Below are positions 1 through 8,771 of a stretch of DNA of 64,000 nt, piece after piece; position 1 is the first letter of the stretch; the number at the start of each line of letters is the position of its first letter. Position numbers and translations under genes: made by a program. The DNA comes from an uncultured Chloroflexia bacterium (GTDB lineage Bacteria > Chloroflexota > UBA6077 > JACCZL01), in NCBI GenBank assembly GCA_963765765.1, contig CAVXYC010000015.1, forward strand, positions 416,001-480,000. Reading direction: 5' to 3'. The notes beneath the pieces were generated by a model, which saw only the letters and a program-made list of their open reading frames with translations, was not told the DNA's origin and did not search any database.

Positions 1-304
1 CCACCAGGCGGTTGATGCGAACTCGGAGTCTGACCTCTTCCCACACCTCGCGTGCAGCCGCCTCCTCCAGCGCCTCGCCGCGGTTCACGTAGCCGGACGG
101 GAAGCTCCACTCGCCTTTTCCTGGGCTGATGGACCTTTTGCCCAGCAAAATGCCGTCTCTCCACGGGATGATCGTAGCCACAGCCACTTTCGGGTCGACA
201 TATTCCACAAAGTGGCAATTGGGGCAGGCCCTGAAGTCTCGGCCGTCGATCGCCCGATCTTCGAGCGCGGACGCGCACCAGAGGCAGAAGCGCGACTCAT
301 GCAT
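1..304 (-). CDS. NUDIX hydrolase with N-terminal zinc ribbon (truncated at window edge)
   Basis: Manual translation from ATG at 304 gives MHESRFCLWCASALEDRAIDGRDFRACPNCHFVEYVDPKVAVA...WSFPSGYVNRGEALEEAAAREVWEEVRL, with two CxxC pairs and a Nudix box. Absent from the ORF track because it runs off the edge. Confidence 0.9.
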   Translation of the reverse strand, partial: MHESRFCLWCASALEDRAIDGRDFRACPNCHFVEYVDPKVAVATIIPWRDGILLGKRSISPGKGEWSFPSGYVNRGEALEEAAAREVWEEVRLRVRINRLV

Positions 305-333
305 GATGGCAGCCGATGCTGAGGAAATTGAAA

Positions 334-485
334 GAGGACGACCCCACCCCAGCCCTCCCCGCTGCGGCAGAGAGGGGCCGGATTCAGGAAATTCGGTAGA
401 TGCGGCTCGTCGTCCCGCAAAGGAAATTCTTATTATCGGCCCCTTACCTGCCGCAGCGGGGAGGGCTGGGGTGCGGTCGTCCCTC
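334..485. repeat. REP/REPIN-like inverted repeat pair, family 1 (CCCACCCCAGCCCTCCCC...GGGGAGGGCTGGGGTG)
   Basis: ~47-bp arms at 334-380 and 437-485 are near-perfect reverse complements; intergenic. Confidence 0.85.
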
Positions 486-507
486 GCGATATCGACAACG
501 AATTTCG

Positions 508-1107
508 TCATCTCGACAGAAACTCAAAATCCTCAGGCGTATCGATATCCCGCTGCAGTGACGCGTCTCTAAAGTCGACATAACAAATGTCTGCGCGTCG
601 GGCTCGAACAAGGTCCCTGGCGCCTTGATCGCCCTCTTGATTCTGCAGCTCTTTGAAGAGCGCACGGCTGAAGCCAACCGGGTTTCCTGGGATACCAGCA
701 TACCGAGGCTGAACGATGACGGAGCCGGTCTCAGAAAGCGCCGACGCCAGATCAGAAATCACTGAGCTGGAGAGCAGGGGCTGATCGCTCAGCATAATGA
801 TGGCGCCCGCCGCGGAGTCGGGCAGTGCCGATACGCCGGCGCGCAGCGAGGTGCTCATGCCCTGAGCGTACGCTGGATTGTGCACGACGTCGACTTGCAG
901 ATCGACCAGCTCCGTGCGCATCTCGGCATCCCGCGGTCCGGTAACAAGCACAACTGGCGCTGCTCCGCTGGCCAGCGCAATTTCGGCAGCGCGGCGGACC
1001 AACGTTTTGCCCTGCCATTCCAGCAATAGTTTCGGTTGTCCCATGCGCGATGACGTTCCGGCCGCGAGGATCACCACGCCGATGGTGGCAACCGGGTCAG
1101 GAGGCAG
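508..1107 (-). CDS. mocA: Molybdenum cofactor cytidylyltransferase-like nucleotidyltransferase (MocA/YgfJ family)
   Basis: Motifs ILAAGTSSRMGQPKLLL, GMSTSL, DQP, GDQGAR, DIDTPED; adjacent to XdhC genes. ORF track starts at 1077; probable start is CTG at 1107 after GAGGTG. Confidence 0.85.
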   Translation of the reverse strand: MPPDPVATIGVVILAAGTSSRMGQPKLLLEWQGKTLVRRAAEIALASGAAPVVLVTGPRDAEMRTELVDLQVDVVHNPAYAQGMSTSLRAGVSALPDSAAGAIIMLSDQPLLSSSVISDLASALSETGSVIVQPRYAGIPGNPVGFSRALFKELQNQEGDQGARDLVRARRADICYVDFRDASLQRDIDTPEDFEFLSR

Positions 1108-1876
1108 CGGACACCTCGATGGGCTGCTTTGCGCGTGGCAAGCCGGCGCGACTCATGTTGTTCTTGGCCGCGATCATCTCGGCAATAATCGAGAGCGCTA
1201 TCTCCTCCGGATTCCTTGCGCCGATGTTGAGGCCAATGGGCGCATGCAAGCGGTCGAGCTGCTCATCGGTGACGCCGGCGTTCTTGAGGCGCAGCCGTCG
1301 CTTCTCGTTGGTCATGCGGCTACCGATGGCGCCGATGTATCTCGCGTCGGACTTCAGCGCGCTAATCAGCGCCGGATCGTCCAGTTTCGGATCGTGACTG
1401 AGCACCACCACATAGCTCGTACTGCCGAGCTCCACATTGGCCAGGTAATCGTCTGCGAAGGCCGTTGCGATCTCATCTGCCAGCGGGAATCGATCGGCGC
1501 TGCCAAATCGCTCGCGCGCATCAATCACGTGGACGCGGAAGCCCATCTGCTTGGCAAAGACGCACAACGGCACACCTACATGTACGCCGCCAAAGATATA
1601 GAGATCTGATGGGGTGACATACGGGTCCAGGAAGACCTCGTAGGTTCGATCACCATCCGCATATTCGCGTGTCGCCGGATGGCCATTGTTGAGCTGCTCG
1701 GCAGCGTCTGCTATGACGGCATCGTTGAAAGGGAGGCCGAGCGTTCCCTCGACGTGACCGCTTCCGAACACCAGGACATGCTCGCCAACGTGATTCGGCC
1801 CGGCGACGATCGTCGCCGCGACGACTGGCCGCTCCTGCTCGATGGAGGCCTTGATTGCGTTGTAGACCGAGGTCAT
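1097..1876 (-). CDS. xdhC: XdhC/CoxI family xanthine dehydrogenase accessory protein (Rossmann-containing part)
   Basis: Motifs [59 protein letters not shown] at 1876 overlaps the upstream stop (ATGA). Confidence 0.9.
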   Translation of the reverse strand: MTSVYNAIKASIEQERPVVAATIVAGPNHVGEHVLVFGSGHVEGTLGLPFNDAVIADAAEQLNNGHPATREYADGDRTYEVFLDPYVTPSDLYIFGGVHVGVPLCVFAKQMGFRVHVIDARERFGSADRFPLADEIATAFADDYLANVELGSTSYVVVLSHDPKLDDPALISALKSDARYIGAIGSRMTNEKRRLRLKNAGVTDEQLDRLHAPIGLNIGARNPEEIALSIIAEMIAAKNNMSRAGLPRAKQPIEVSAAS

Positions 1877-2184
1877 TTCAGCGGCTCGATGAACACCTGG
1901 ATCTGGCCGCCGCACGCAAGGCCAACCTCGAATGCCTGGTCGTCGGTGATGCCGTACTTGATCAGCCGCGCTTCGCCCTTTTCAATGACGTCCATAGAGT
2001 GCAGCACGACATCCGCTTCGACACAGCCGCCGCTGACCGACCCGGCCATCTCTCCATGCTCGGAGACCGCCATTTTGGAGCCTTCTTTTCGAGGCGCGGA
2101 ACCATAAGCTTTAACTACGGTTGCCAGCGCAACCCGATCACCGTTCTCTCGCCATCGATCGATATCTGCCAGGAGCTCACGCAC
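1873..2184 (-). CDS. XdhC/CoxI N-terminal domain protein (split XdhC)
   Basis: Motifs [40 protein letters not shown] start at 2184 with GGAGG upstream. Confidence 0.88.
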   Translation of the reverse strand: MRELLADIDRWRENGDRVALATVVKAYGSAPRKEGSKMAVSEHGEMAGSVSGGCVEADVVLHSMDVIEKGEARLIKYGITDDQAFEVGLACGGQIQVFIEPLK

Positions 2185-2275
2185 GGTGACCGCCTCCAGG
2201 ATGAATTCGCCACACACTGCAATCGCGGGGCCGTCTTCATCGATTGTAGCCCAGGTACGGGGCTACCTGGGCACA

Positions 2276-2697
2276 TCACTGGAGATCTTGCGCGCAGTTG
2301 TTGATGTAGTCGCCGTCGAGCTGGATGCGGTAAACGAAGCGCACGGTTTGGCGGCCCTCGTCGCCGGTCGCAAAGACCTCCGCCTGGATACCTTCGGTAC
2401 CCCTCCCATCGCTGACTCGGTTCCAGCACTCCACGGGATACCTCTCGAATGTGACGCGTTGCAGATCGCCGAAATACCGCGGCTGATAGTCCTGTCCCTG
2501 GATGTCATGCCAGATGTAGCACAGCAGCCACGGATCGAGCATGCGCGAGCCCACTGAGATGATTTCAGGCGGAGGCCCCGGTATCGTGGTGCTAGGCGGC
2601 CCGCCCTCAGGCGAATGATCCGCGCGAGCCGTGGCGGCATTGGCCAACGTCACGACGAACGTTACGACGGAAAAGAAGATAGCAGCTTTAAGGACAT
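2276..2697 (-). CDS. Hypothetical, probably secreted protein (apparent 1-nt indel near the start)
   Basis: The frame upstream of ORF 2653 reads KAAIFFSVVTFVVTLANAATARA, a signal peptide with an AxA site. An ATG at 2697 is one base out of frame. Confidence 0.5.
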
Positions 2698-2791
2698 GAA
2701 TAGTTTCCGAGCAGGCGTCACGCCGCGAGAGACAGGGCCGTAGTCCAAGTGACCATGATGAGGTGAAATTTCTGCCGTTTGATGTCAGGTG

Positions 2792-4708
2792 CTATGGGGA
2801 TATCTCGTACGCCGTCCAACCGTCACTCTGGTAGACGACAGGGAAGGACAGATCAACCGCTCGGGCGGGAACGAAGTGGGTAACGCCGAAATCGCGCGCC
2901 AATCTTCGTAGCTGGGACTCATCGAGTCGACGATAGGCGCGATCGAGATCCGACTTGTAGGCCACCGGGTCATCTATCCCCAATGCCTCCAAGCGAAGAC
3001 GGAACTCCTCGTTGTGGCGCGGAAAATACACGGCCTGATTGGCACGTTCGCGTACAAGATAAAGAGCTCGCTCAGAGAGCTTGTAGAAGTTGTCATTGTT
3101 CGGCTCACTTGGGAGCGTGAGAAACACGCTGTCCACGGGCGTGCTGGTGCGGGCCCACACCTGAAACTCGTCGGCTGCGCGCAGGCCACCCGCGTGACTC
3201 CGCTGGTATTGCCACGTCTCAAACCGCGCCAGCACAAGCGCACCGGCGAGCACGACGGCCGCTCCGATGACGGTCGTCCGTTGGGCCGGGGCAACATAAC
3301 TGACTCTTTGCAGGAGCAACGCAACGGCCACCGCAAGAATGCTCAAGCCACCGACGAGCACGCCCTGTGAGATATCGATATCGTTTATCCTGCGTCCCGT
3401 CAAAGAAGCGAAAAAGACGGCCGCGATGGTTGCCGCCAGGATCACGGCGGCCAGCATCGTTGCCGGCTTGCTGAAGTGGGGGATGAACCGCCTGACTAGG
3501 AGAAGCCCAATGATCAGAACGGCGCTGACCGGCCAGATCGGCTCCCACGGGATGAAGTCTCGCGGCGAGAGCAGCAGGCTTGCCGCCAGGGCAGCCAGGA
3601 GCCAGCGCGGGACGGTGTTGCCTCTCCAGGATTGCACAGTGAATCCAGCAAGGAGCATGAGTCCGAACACATTGACTAGCCAGACGGATCGAGGGAATTG
3701 AAGCCGCGCAACTATCGTGCTTAGCGGCGTCTTCAGTGAGATATCGAAGAAGATCAGCGCCGCCAGGCACATCAGCAGACTGCCGCCTGCGAGTGCCAGC
3801 AACTCCAGTCGATTCCGCTTTGGCGGCGCGCAGAGAACCGCCGTAAGCAGCAAAGCAGCGCCAATAAAGTTCCTCAAACGCAGATGCCACGTCTCAAACG
3901 CGGTCGCTGTGGAGATGTCCGTAGCGAGCTCAGCCTTGGCGAGATAAAGGGCCCACAGTGGCAGCGCATCCGTGTGATGGCCAAGCGATCCGACGATCGC
4001 CGGCCCCCCGGCCAGCAGGAGGACGAGTCCGCCAATGAGCGGCTGTCGAATGCCAATGCGCGGGATCAGTGCGAGCCAGATTGCGCCCACACCGAGTGCT
4101 ACCAGTATGGTCGTTGGCGCGTGGACATCTAGGCCTAGGCCCAACAGCAGTCCCGCCAGCCAGTGACGCCCGCGGAACGCGGCCAGTAACCCGCCAACCT
4201 GGAACGGCAGTGCGAGGAACGCGGGCGTCGTTTCAGCGGAGTGGAGAATCGTGCTGCCCACCGTAAGCAGTCGAAAGCTCGCTACGTAGCACATGAGGAA
4301 AAAGCCCGCGGCCAATCGCTCGCCGGTCACGTCCCGAGCAAGCTGGTACAAGAGGGCAATGCTGGTAATGGATGCCGGCACGAAGAGAAGCGCCAGAGTG
4401 GCCTCGAGACCGAAGGCGCGGGCGAGCAAGCCCACTGTTTGGTAGGTTAATGCCGCTGGTGTCCCTTCGTGCAGCACCGTAATGAACGGATCCATCCTGT
4501 AGAGCTCGGAATCCATGAATGACTTGAAAATCGGGATGTCCGACCAGCGACCGCCGTCGAATCCTCGAAATGCCACGGACCACAGTGTGAAGATGGCGCC
4601 CATGATGAGCGCCTCAGTAGCAGGATGTAGTCTTGTCAGGATCGTTGGAACCGTTGCGATTCCCGCTGGGGCGGTTCTGGATTGGGTACTGGATATGGCT
4701 TGCGTCAC
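2792..4708 (-). CDS. Polytopic membrane protein, GT-C-like (DUF6798-like C-terminus)
   Basis: 638 aa with many hydrophobic helices and a soluble C-terminal domain WARTSTPVDSVFLTLP...FGVTHFV. GTGA-coupled to the upstream GT-C gene. Confidence 0.6.
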   Translation of the reverse strand: MTQAISSTQSRTAPAGIATVPTILTRLHPATEALIMGAIFTLWSVAFRGFDGGRWSDIPIFKSFMDSELYRMDPFITVLHEGTPAALTYQTVGLLARAFGLEATLALLFVPASITSIALLYQLARDVTGERLAAGFFLMCYVASFRLLTVGSTILHSAETTPAFLALPFQVGGLLAAFRGRHWLAGLLLGLGLDVHAPTTILVALGVGAIWLALIPRIGIRQPLIGGLVLLLAGGPAIVGSLGHHTDALPLWALYLAKAELATDISTATAFETWHLRLRNFIGAALLLTAVLCAPPKRNRLELLALAGGSLLMCLAALIFFDISLKTPLSTIVARLQFPRSVWLVNVFGLMLLAGFTVQSWRGNTVPRWLLAALAASLLLSPRDFIPWEPIWPVSAVLIIGLLLVRRFIPHFSKPATMLAAVILAATIAAVFFASLTGRRINDIDISQGVLVGGLSILAVAVALLLQRVSYVAPAQRTTVIGAAVVLAGALVLARFETWQYQRSHAGGLRAADEFQVWARTSTPVDSVFLTLPSEPNNDNFYKLSERALYLVRERANQAVYFPRHNEEFRLRLEALGIDDPVAYKSDLDRAYRRLDESQLRRLARDFGVTHFVPARAVDLSFPVVYQSDGWTAYEISP

Positions 4709-7122
4709 GGCGACTGGATCACAACGTAACCTACGGACACGGTCTCACCGCTCGATGCGGCCGACGGTACCAGCATGCCGGTGTTGGTATCCACCAGTCG
4801 AACGTTGATCGGATAGATCCCCGGCTCCGCTCGGTCGCTGATCGGGATGCTGACACGCTGGGCAAACGGCTGGCCAGCCTGCCACTCCGCCCAGCTTCGG
4901 CTCTTGTCACAACCCGGACCATCGCTGGATCCAATTCCCGGCTCGCCGATCGTGATGACCGGGAAGTACCGCTCGCCCTCAAACAATGCCAACCAGTAGC
5001 CGTCCAAGCGCACCACACCACCCGGGCGGGGGTCTTCTGGGAAGAGACGATACCCATGAAATCGGGCAACCTCACCAAACGGAATGTCCAGCTTAGTCCT
5101 AACAGGCGAGACCGGCCCTCTTGCCCAGACACCGGGATCGGACATTGGCCCCGCCAAATGTTGGTCGAACAAGGCCGCCTCTCGCTCGGCTTCGAGCTGT
5201 CCGATAACTGGTCCGCTGATCGGCTTCTTCTCAAACACCCGCGTCTTGACCTGACCGTTGACGGTAACTGAGGCAATCTCGGCGAAGTCGGTTGCGATGC
5301 GCCGCCGTGGCGGCTCGATCTCGTCCTGCACCTGTTCCGAGATGACGTAGTAACGAGGATCTGCGGTGCAGCGCCAGGCCGCGCGTGAGTACCACCAGCT
5401 CACCTGAGGGTTCTCGTTTGAATCATACGAGCCGCTAAGTGCGCCTGAGTCAAAGAGGTTGCCCACCGCTTTCCAGCCAGCCTGATATGGGAAACCGAAT
5501 CGCTCCTTTCGCGGCACAGGCAGTGTGAACATGCCGAGCGGTAGCTGCCAAACCTGATTTGTGCGTACGGCTTCGGGCTGATTCCTCAGGTACAACGAAA
5601 CATCGTGCGCGGCGACTGGGATGGCGGCTACTCCGACGGCCAGCGCGATTGCCACGCCGATGACTGCTACCCGTGGGAATCCAATCGCCGTTGAGAGGGC
5701 AGCCGCCGCCATCAGAATGAGCGGCAGAAGCGCGACGTGGGCATGGGTGCCAGGTTTCCGAACAATGAATCCGTAGCCAATGATCGGCAGCAAGAGCCAG
5801 CACCAGGTCACGAGCCATGAAATATGCCTGCGCCGTTGCAGCATGATGCCGACAACCCCGCCCACGATAGCAAGAATGCCGATGATCGCGATAAACGGTG
5901 ATGAGAGATAGAGCGATGCCGCGGCCGCGATATCGCTCAGATTGTTGCGCAGGCCGATCTCGCCAATGCGCCCGGTCACGCGGTCCACACCTTGCCCGGC
6001 GAGCGGTGAGAAGGAGTATGGACCAAAGAAGATCAGCGGGATGACCAGCGCAAGTGCCGCCGCGCCGACCCAGCTGCCGATCGCAGAACGATTTGATTGA
6101 AGGTTAAAAAGTCCCAGAAGTAGTACTGGTACTCCAGCAAAGATGGCATCGTAGTGGCACAGCAGGCCCGCTCCGAGCAGCGCTCCGGCAGCCCAGATAC
6201 GCCGAGGAGACTCCCGGCCGGCGACGGCCGCCGCGAGTATCGCCGCCGTCCCGAACGCCAACACGAGACTCTGGTACTGAGTGATGCGCGAGAAGGCAAT
6301 GTAGTAGCCGGCAATCGCCGCGAGCACGCCGGCGATCAAGCCTGCCCGTCTCCCGAAGAGCTCTCCCCCCAGAAGGGCCATCGTGCCTACCGCGAGCACC
6401 GAGGCGAGCGCGAGTGGAAGGCGTGCTCCGAGCTCATTGATCGTGTGCCCTAGCCCGTAGACCAGCCCTGTCAGAATGACTTCGCCTGGAGCTTTTCCGT
6501 GATAGAAGATGGCGTTGGATTGACCCGCGGCGAGCGCGCCTGCTCGTAACACGGCTTCCACCTCATCGCCCTGGAATTCGCTGTAACCGAGAAACGGAAG
6601 CCGAAGTACGGCCGCCAACAGGACAATGAGCAGAAGTGGACGTCCGCCTACGACACCAGGGGCCACGGACGCTGATCGTGACCGAGCTCCGGCCGCCACG
6701 CTGAGCGCTAGCGAAAGAAGAAGCAACAGTAGCAGCGGGACGGTGGTGAACGGCATCGCGGCCAATGTTGCCAGGAGCCCAAGGATGATCAGAGCGCCCA
6801 GCGCAATGGTCTGCCCAAGCACGAGCCCGAGGGCCGGCCCCTTCGGGCTGACGCCGATCCAGCGCGACCAACCCAACCCTGGAGCAATGACACCAGCGGT
6901 CCAGAAGCCGAGAGCCACCAGCGGAGCGCTGATTCCCTGAAAGATGAGAATCACACCGCAGCCAATCAGGGCGATGACAACCGCGGTCGCATTTAACGAA
7001 ACGAGAAATTGACCCACTGGACGGAAAGTTTGCCCAATGCTGATGGCCGAGAGCCAGTAGGCAGGTCGGGCTGGCAATGAGACGGGTGGACCCATGAGGC
7101 CAATGAGACGGCTGTGACCCAT
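4705..7122 (-). CDS. ArnT/PMT-like (GT-C) glycosyltransferase with C-terminal Ig-like domain
   Basis: LRLPFLGYSEFQGDE acidic motif after a TM, HGKAPG, ARLP, FSRITQYQ, CHYD; C-terminal beta-rich domain (RLDGYW...AEPGIYPINVRLVD). True start may lie downstream of 7122. Confidence 0.8.
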   Translation of the reverse strand: MGHSRLIGLMGPPVSLPARPAYWLSAISIGQTFRPVGQFLVSLNATAVVIALIGCGVILIFQGISAPLVALGFWTAGVIAPGLGWSRWIGVSPKGPALGLVLGQTIALGALIILGLLATLAAMPFTTVPLLLLLLLSLALSVAAGARSRSASVAPGVVGGRPLLLIVLLAAVLRLPFLGYSEFQGDEVEAVLRAGALAAGQSNAIFYHGKAPGEVILTGLVYGLGHTINELGARLPLALASVLAVGTMALLGGELFGRRAGLIAGVLAAIAGYYIAFSRITQYQSLVLAFGTAAILAAAVAGRESPRRIWAAGALLGAGLLCHYDAIFAGVPVLLLGLFNLQSNRSAIGSWVGAAALALVIPLIFFGPYSFSPLAGQGVDRVTGRIGEIGLRNNLSDIAAAASLYLSSPFIAIIGILAIVGGVVGIMLQRRRHISWLVTWCWLLLPIIGYGFIVRKPGTHAHVALLPLILMAAAALSTAIGFPRVAVIGVAIALAVGVAAIPVAAHDVSLYLRNQPEAVRTNQVWQLPLGMFTLPVPRKERFGFPYQAGWKAVGNLFDSGALSGSYDSNENPQVSWWYSRAAWRCTADPRYYVISEQVQDEIEPPRRRIATDFAEIASVTVNGQVKTRVFEKKPISGPVIGQLEAEREAALFDQHLAGPMSDPGVWARGPVSPVRTKLDIPFGEVARFHGYRLFPEDPRPGGVVRLDGYWLALFEGERYFPVITIGEPGIGSSDGPGCDKSRSWAEWQAGQPFAQRVSIPISDRAEPGIYPINVRLVDTNTGMLVPSAASSGETVSVGYVVIQSP

Positions 7123-7173
7123 GCGAGGGGGTGGGCATGAGCATCATGGGTCCTATGAGTCCCCTACGCCCCA
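7089..7173. repeat. Degenerate 9-nt-unit repeat (ATGGGTCCT/ATGAGTCCC type), inverted copies in a divergent intergenic region
   Basis: GGACCCATGAGGCCAATGAG near 7089 and ATGGGTCCTATGAGTCCC...CCCCAT near 7146. Confidence 0.45.
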
Positions 7174-7214
7174 TCTGGCTCACACAACTAGCTGGCTGAT
7201 AGAGTTACCGGTCT

Positions 7215-8759
7215 GTGATCACTTCCGCCCGCTTGGGTGAGGGAAGCCAGCTCGTGATAGCCCAGGCGCCGGCCGCGGGTGTCCGCCGAAACGATCTACT
7301 CGTGTTCGGCGGCGTGCTCATTGCGGTGCTCCTTTACCTTCTTTACTTCATCCCCACGCTACTTGCCTGGCCGCCCGTCAATGGCGACGAGGGCCGTGAG
7401 CTCAACGCCTTCTGGGTCGCATCCGGAATTGACCCTTCGGCAAGATCGCTCGATCCAACCTATGGCCATGATCCCCTTTACAAGGGTGGTTTGCAGGGCT
7501 GGACCAGCGCACTGAGCTTTCGGCTGTTCGGGCTCAGCCTGTGGTCGGGACGCATCGTCTCGATGGTCTGGGGCGCCGTGTTGCTCGTCGGTGTCTTTCT
7601 CCTGGGTCGGAGAATGTTCGGCACCGCGGCCGGAGTCATCGGCATGGTCCTGGTAGCCATGTCACAGCCGTTTCTTGTGTCCACGCACATCGTGCGGCCA
7701 GATGTCGTGGTTGCGGCTCTCGTAGTCCTGGCTCTCTACCTGGCGGAATCCGGCGTTCACCGAGATGCCTGGCCGCTCCACGTGGGTGCCGGCCTCCTTC
7801 TTGGGCTTTCTTTCGACGTGCATCCAAACACCATCGCGTTCATGCCGATGGTGGGGCTGGTCTACTTGATTCAGTACGGACGTCAGGTCATCAACGCCAG
7901 ATCCGCATGGCTGTTTCTCGGAGGCATCGGCATCGGCACGCTGATCTATGTCGCCTATCGCATTCTGCCCAATCCTCAGCATTACTTTGATGCCTTCAGC
8001 TACTGGGTTGGGGTGGACAAGCGCCCACCCTCGCTGCGCATGCCAGGATTGCCGATGCTGCAGGCTGAGCTGAGCCGATTCAGCAGCTACTTTGACGGAC
8101 GCTCAATTGAGATCGGAGTAGTGGCTGTTGGCCTTGTTGGCGCGCTCGTTCGCCTCGGATTGCGCAAGCGCCCCGATCCGTTGCTGCCCGGATTGCTCAT
8201 AGCATTTGGCATCTTCACGGTCCTGGTAAGCAGCAAGTCCGAGTACTACATAATTCTGTTCTACCCGTTGCTTCTCCTACTCGTTGCCCGCGAGCTCGCC
8301 AGTATACCCTGGCCACGGCAATGGATTGGGATTGTGGGTGGCGCGGTGCTCATGGCGATCGCAGTCGTACCGATGGGTTTTGATGACAACGTCGGAGACA
8401 TTCAGGAGAGCCAGGTTGATTTCCAGGATCGTGATTACTTCGCACTCATCGACGAGATTCGGCATGAGATCCCAAACGGAGCATCGATACTGGCGCCGCC
8501 GGTATACTGGCCGGGTCTCTGGGACCATCCCTTTACGGACGTCTTTGTCTGGGAGCGCGTGCGCGCGGAGCGCAACCTGAGCTTCGCTGAGTTTGCGCGC
8601 GCAATCAATCCTGACTTTGTCGTGCTCGATGTCAAAGCGCGGTATGAAGTATTCCGAAACTCGCCGCGCTTCATGGATGAGTACGCACAGCTTGTCAGCT
8701 CCATTCGTCATGTTGGATATGGACGCGTTGAAATCTGGAAACGGCGTGCTACGGCCTGA
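7215..8759 (+). CDS. ArnT/PMT-like (GT-C) glycosyltransferase
   Basis: PPVNGDEG after TM1, LWSGRIVS, HIVRPD, DVHPN, SKSEYY; polytopic with a soluble C-terminus. Confidence 0.82.
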   Translation: MITSARLGEGSQLVIAQAPAAGVRRNDLLVFGGVLIAVLLYLLYFIPTLLAWPPVNGDEGRELNAFWVASGIDPSARSLDPTYGHDPLYKGGLQGWTSALSFRLFGLSLWSGRIVSMVWGAVLLVGVFLLGRRMFGTAAGVIGMVLVAMSQPFLVSTHIVRPDVVVAALVVLALYLAESGVHRDAWPLHVGAGLLLGLSFDVHPNTIAFMPMVGLVYLIQYGRQVINARSAWLFLGGIGIGTLIYVAYRILPNPQHYFDAFSYWVGVDKRPPSLRMPGLPMLQAELSRFSSYFDGRSIEIGVVAVGLVGALVRLGLRKRPDPLLPGLLIAFGIFTVLVSSKSEYYIILFYPLLLLLVARELASIPWPRQWIGIVGGAVLMAIAVVPMGFDDNVGDIQESQVDFQDRDYFALIDEIRHEIPNGASILAPPVYWPGLWDHPFTDVFVWERVRAERNLSFAEFARAINPDFVVLDVKARYEVFRNSPRFMDEYAQLVSSIRHVGYGRVEIWKRRATA

Positions 8760-8771
8760 GTCGATGATCCG

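Noticed and set aside
1097-2184. Split XdhC as another sequencing frameshift
   Set aside because: A clean ATGA overlap and a plausible N-terminus for the second ORF fit a natural two-gene arrangement.
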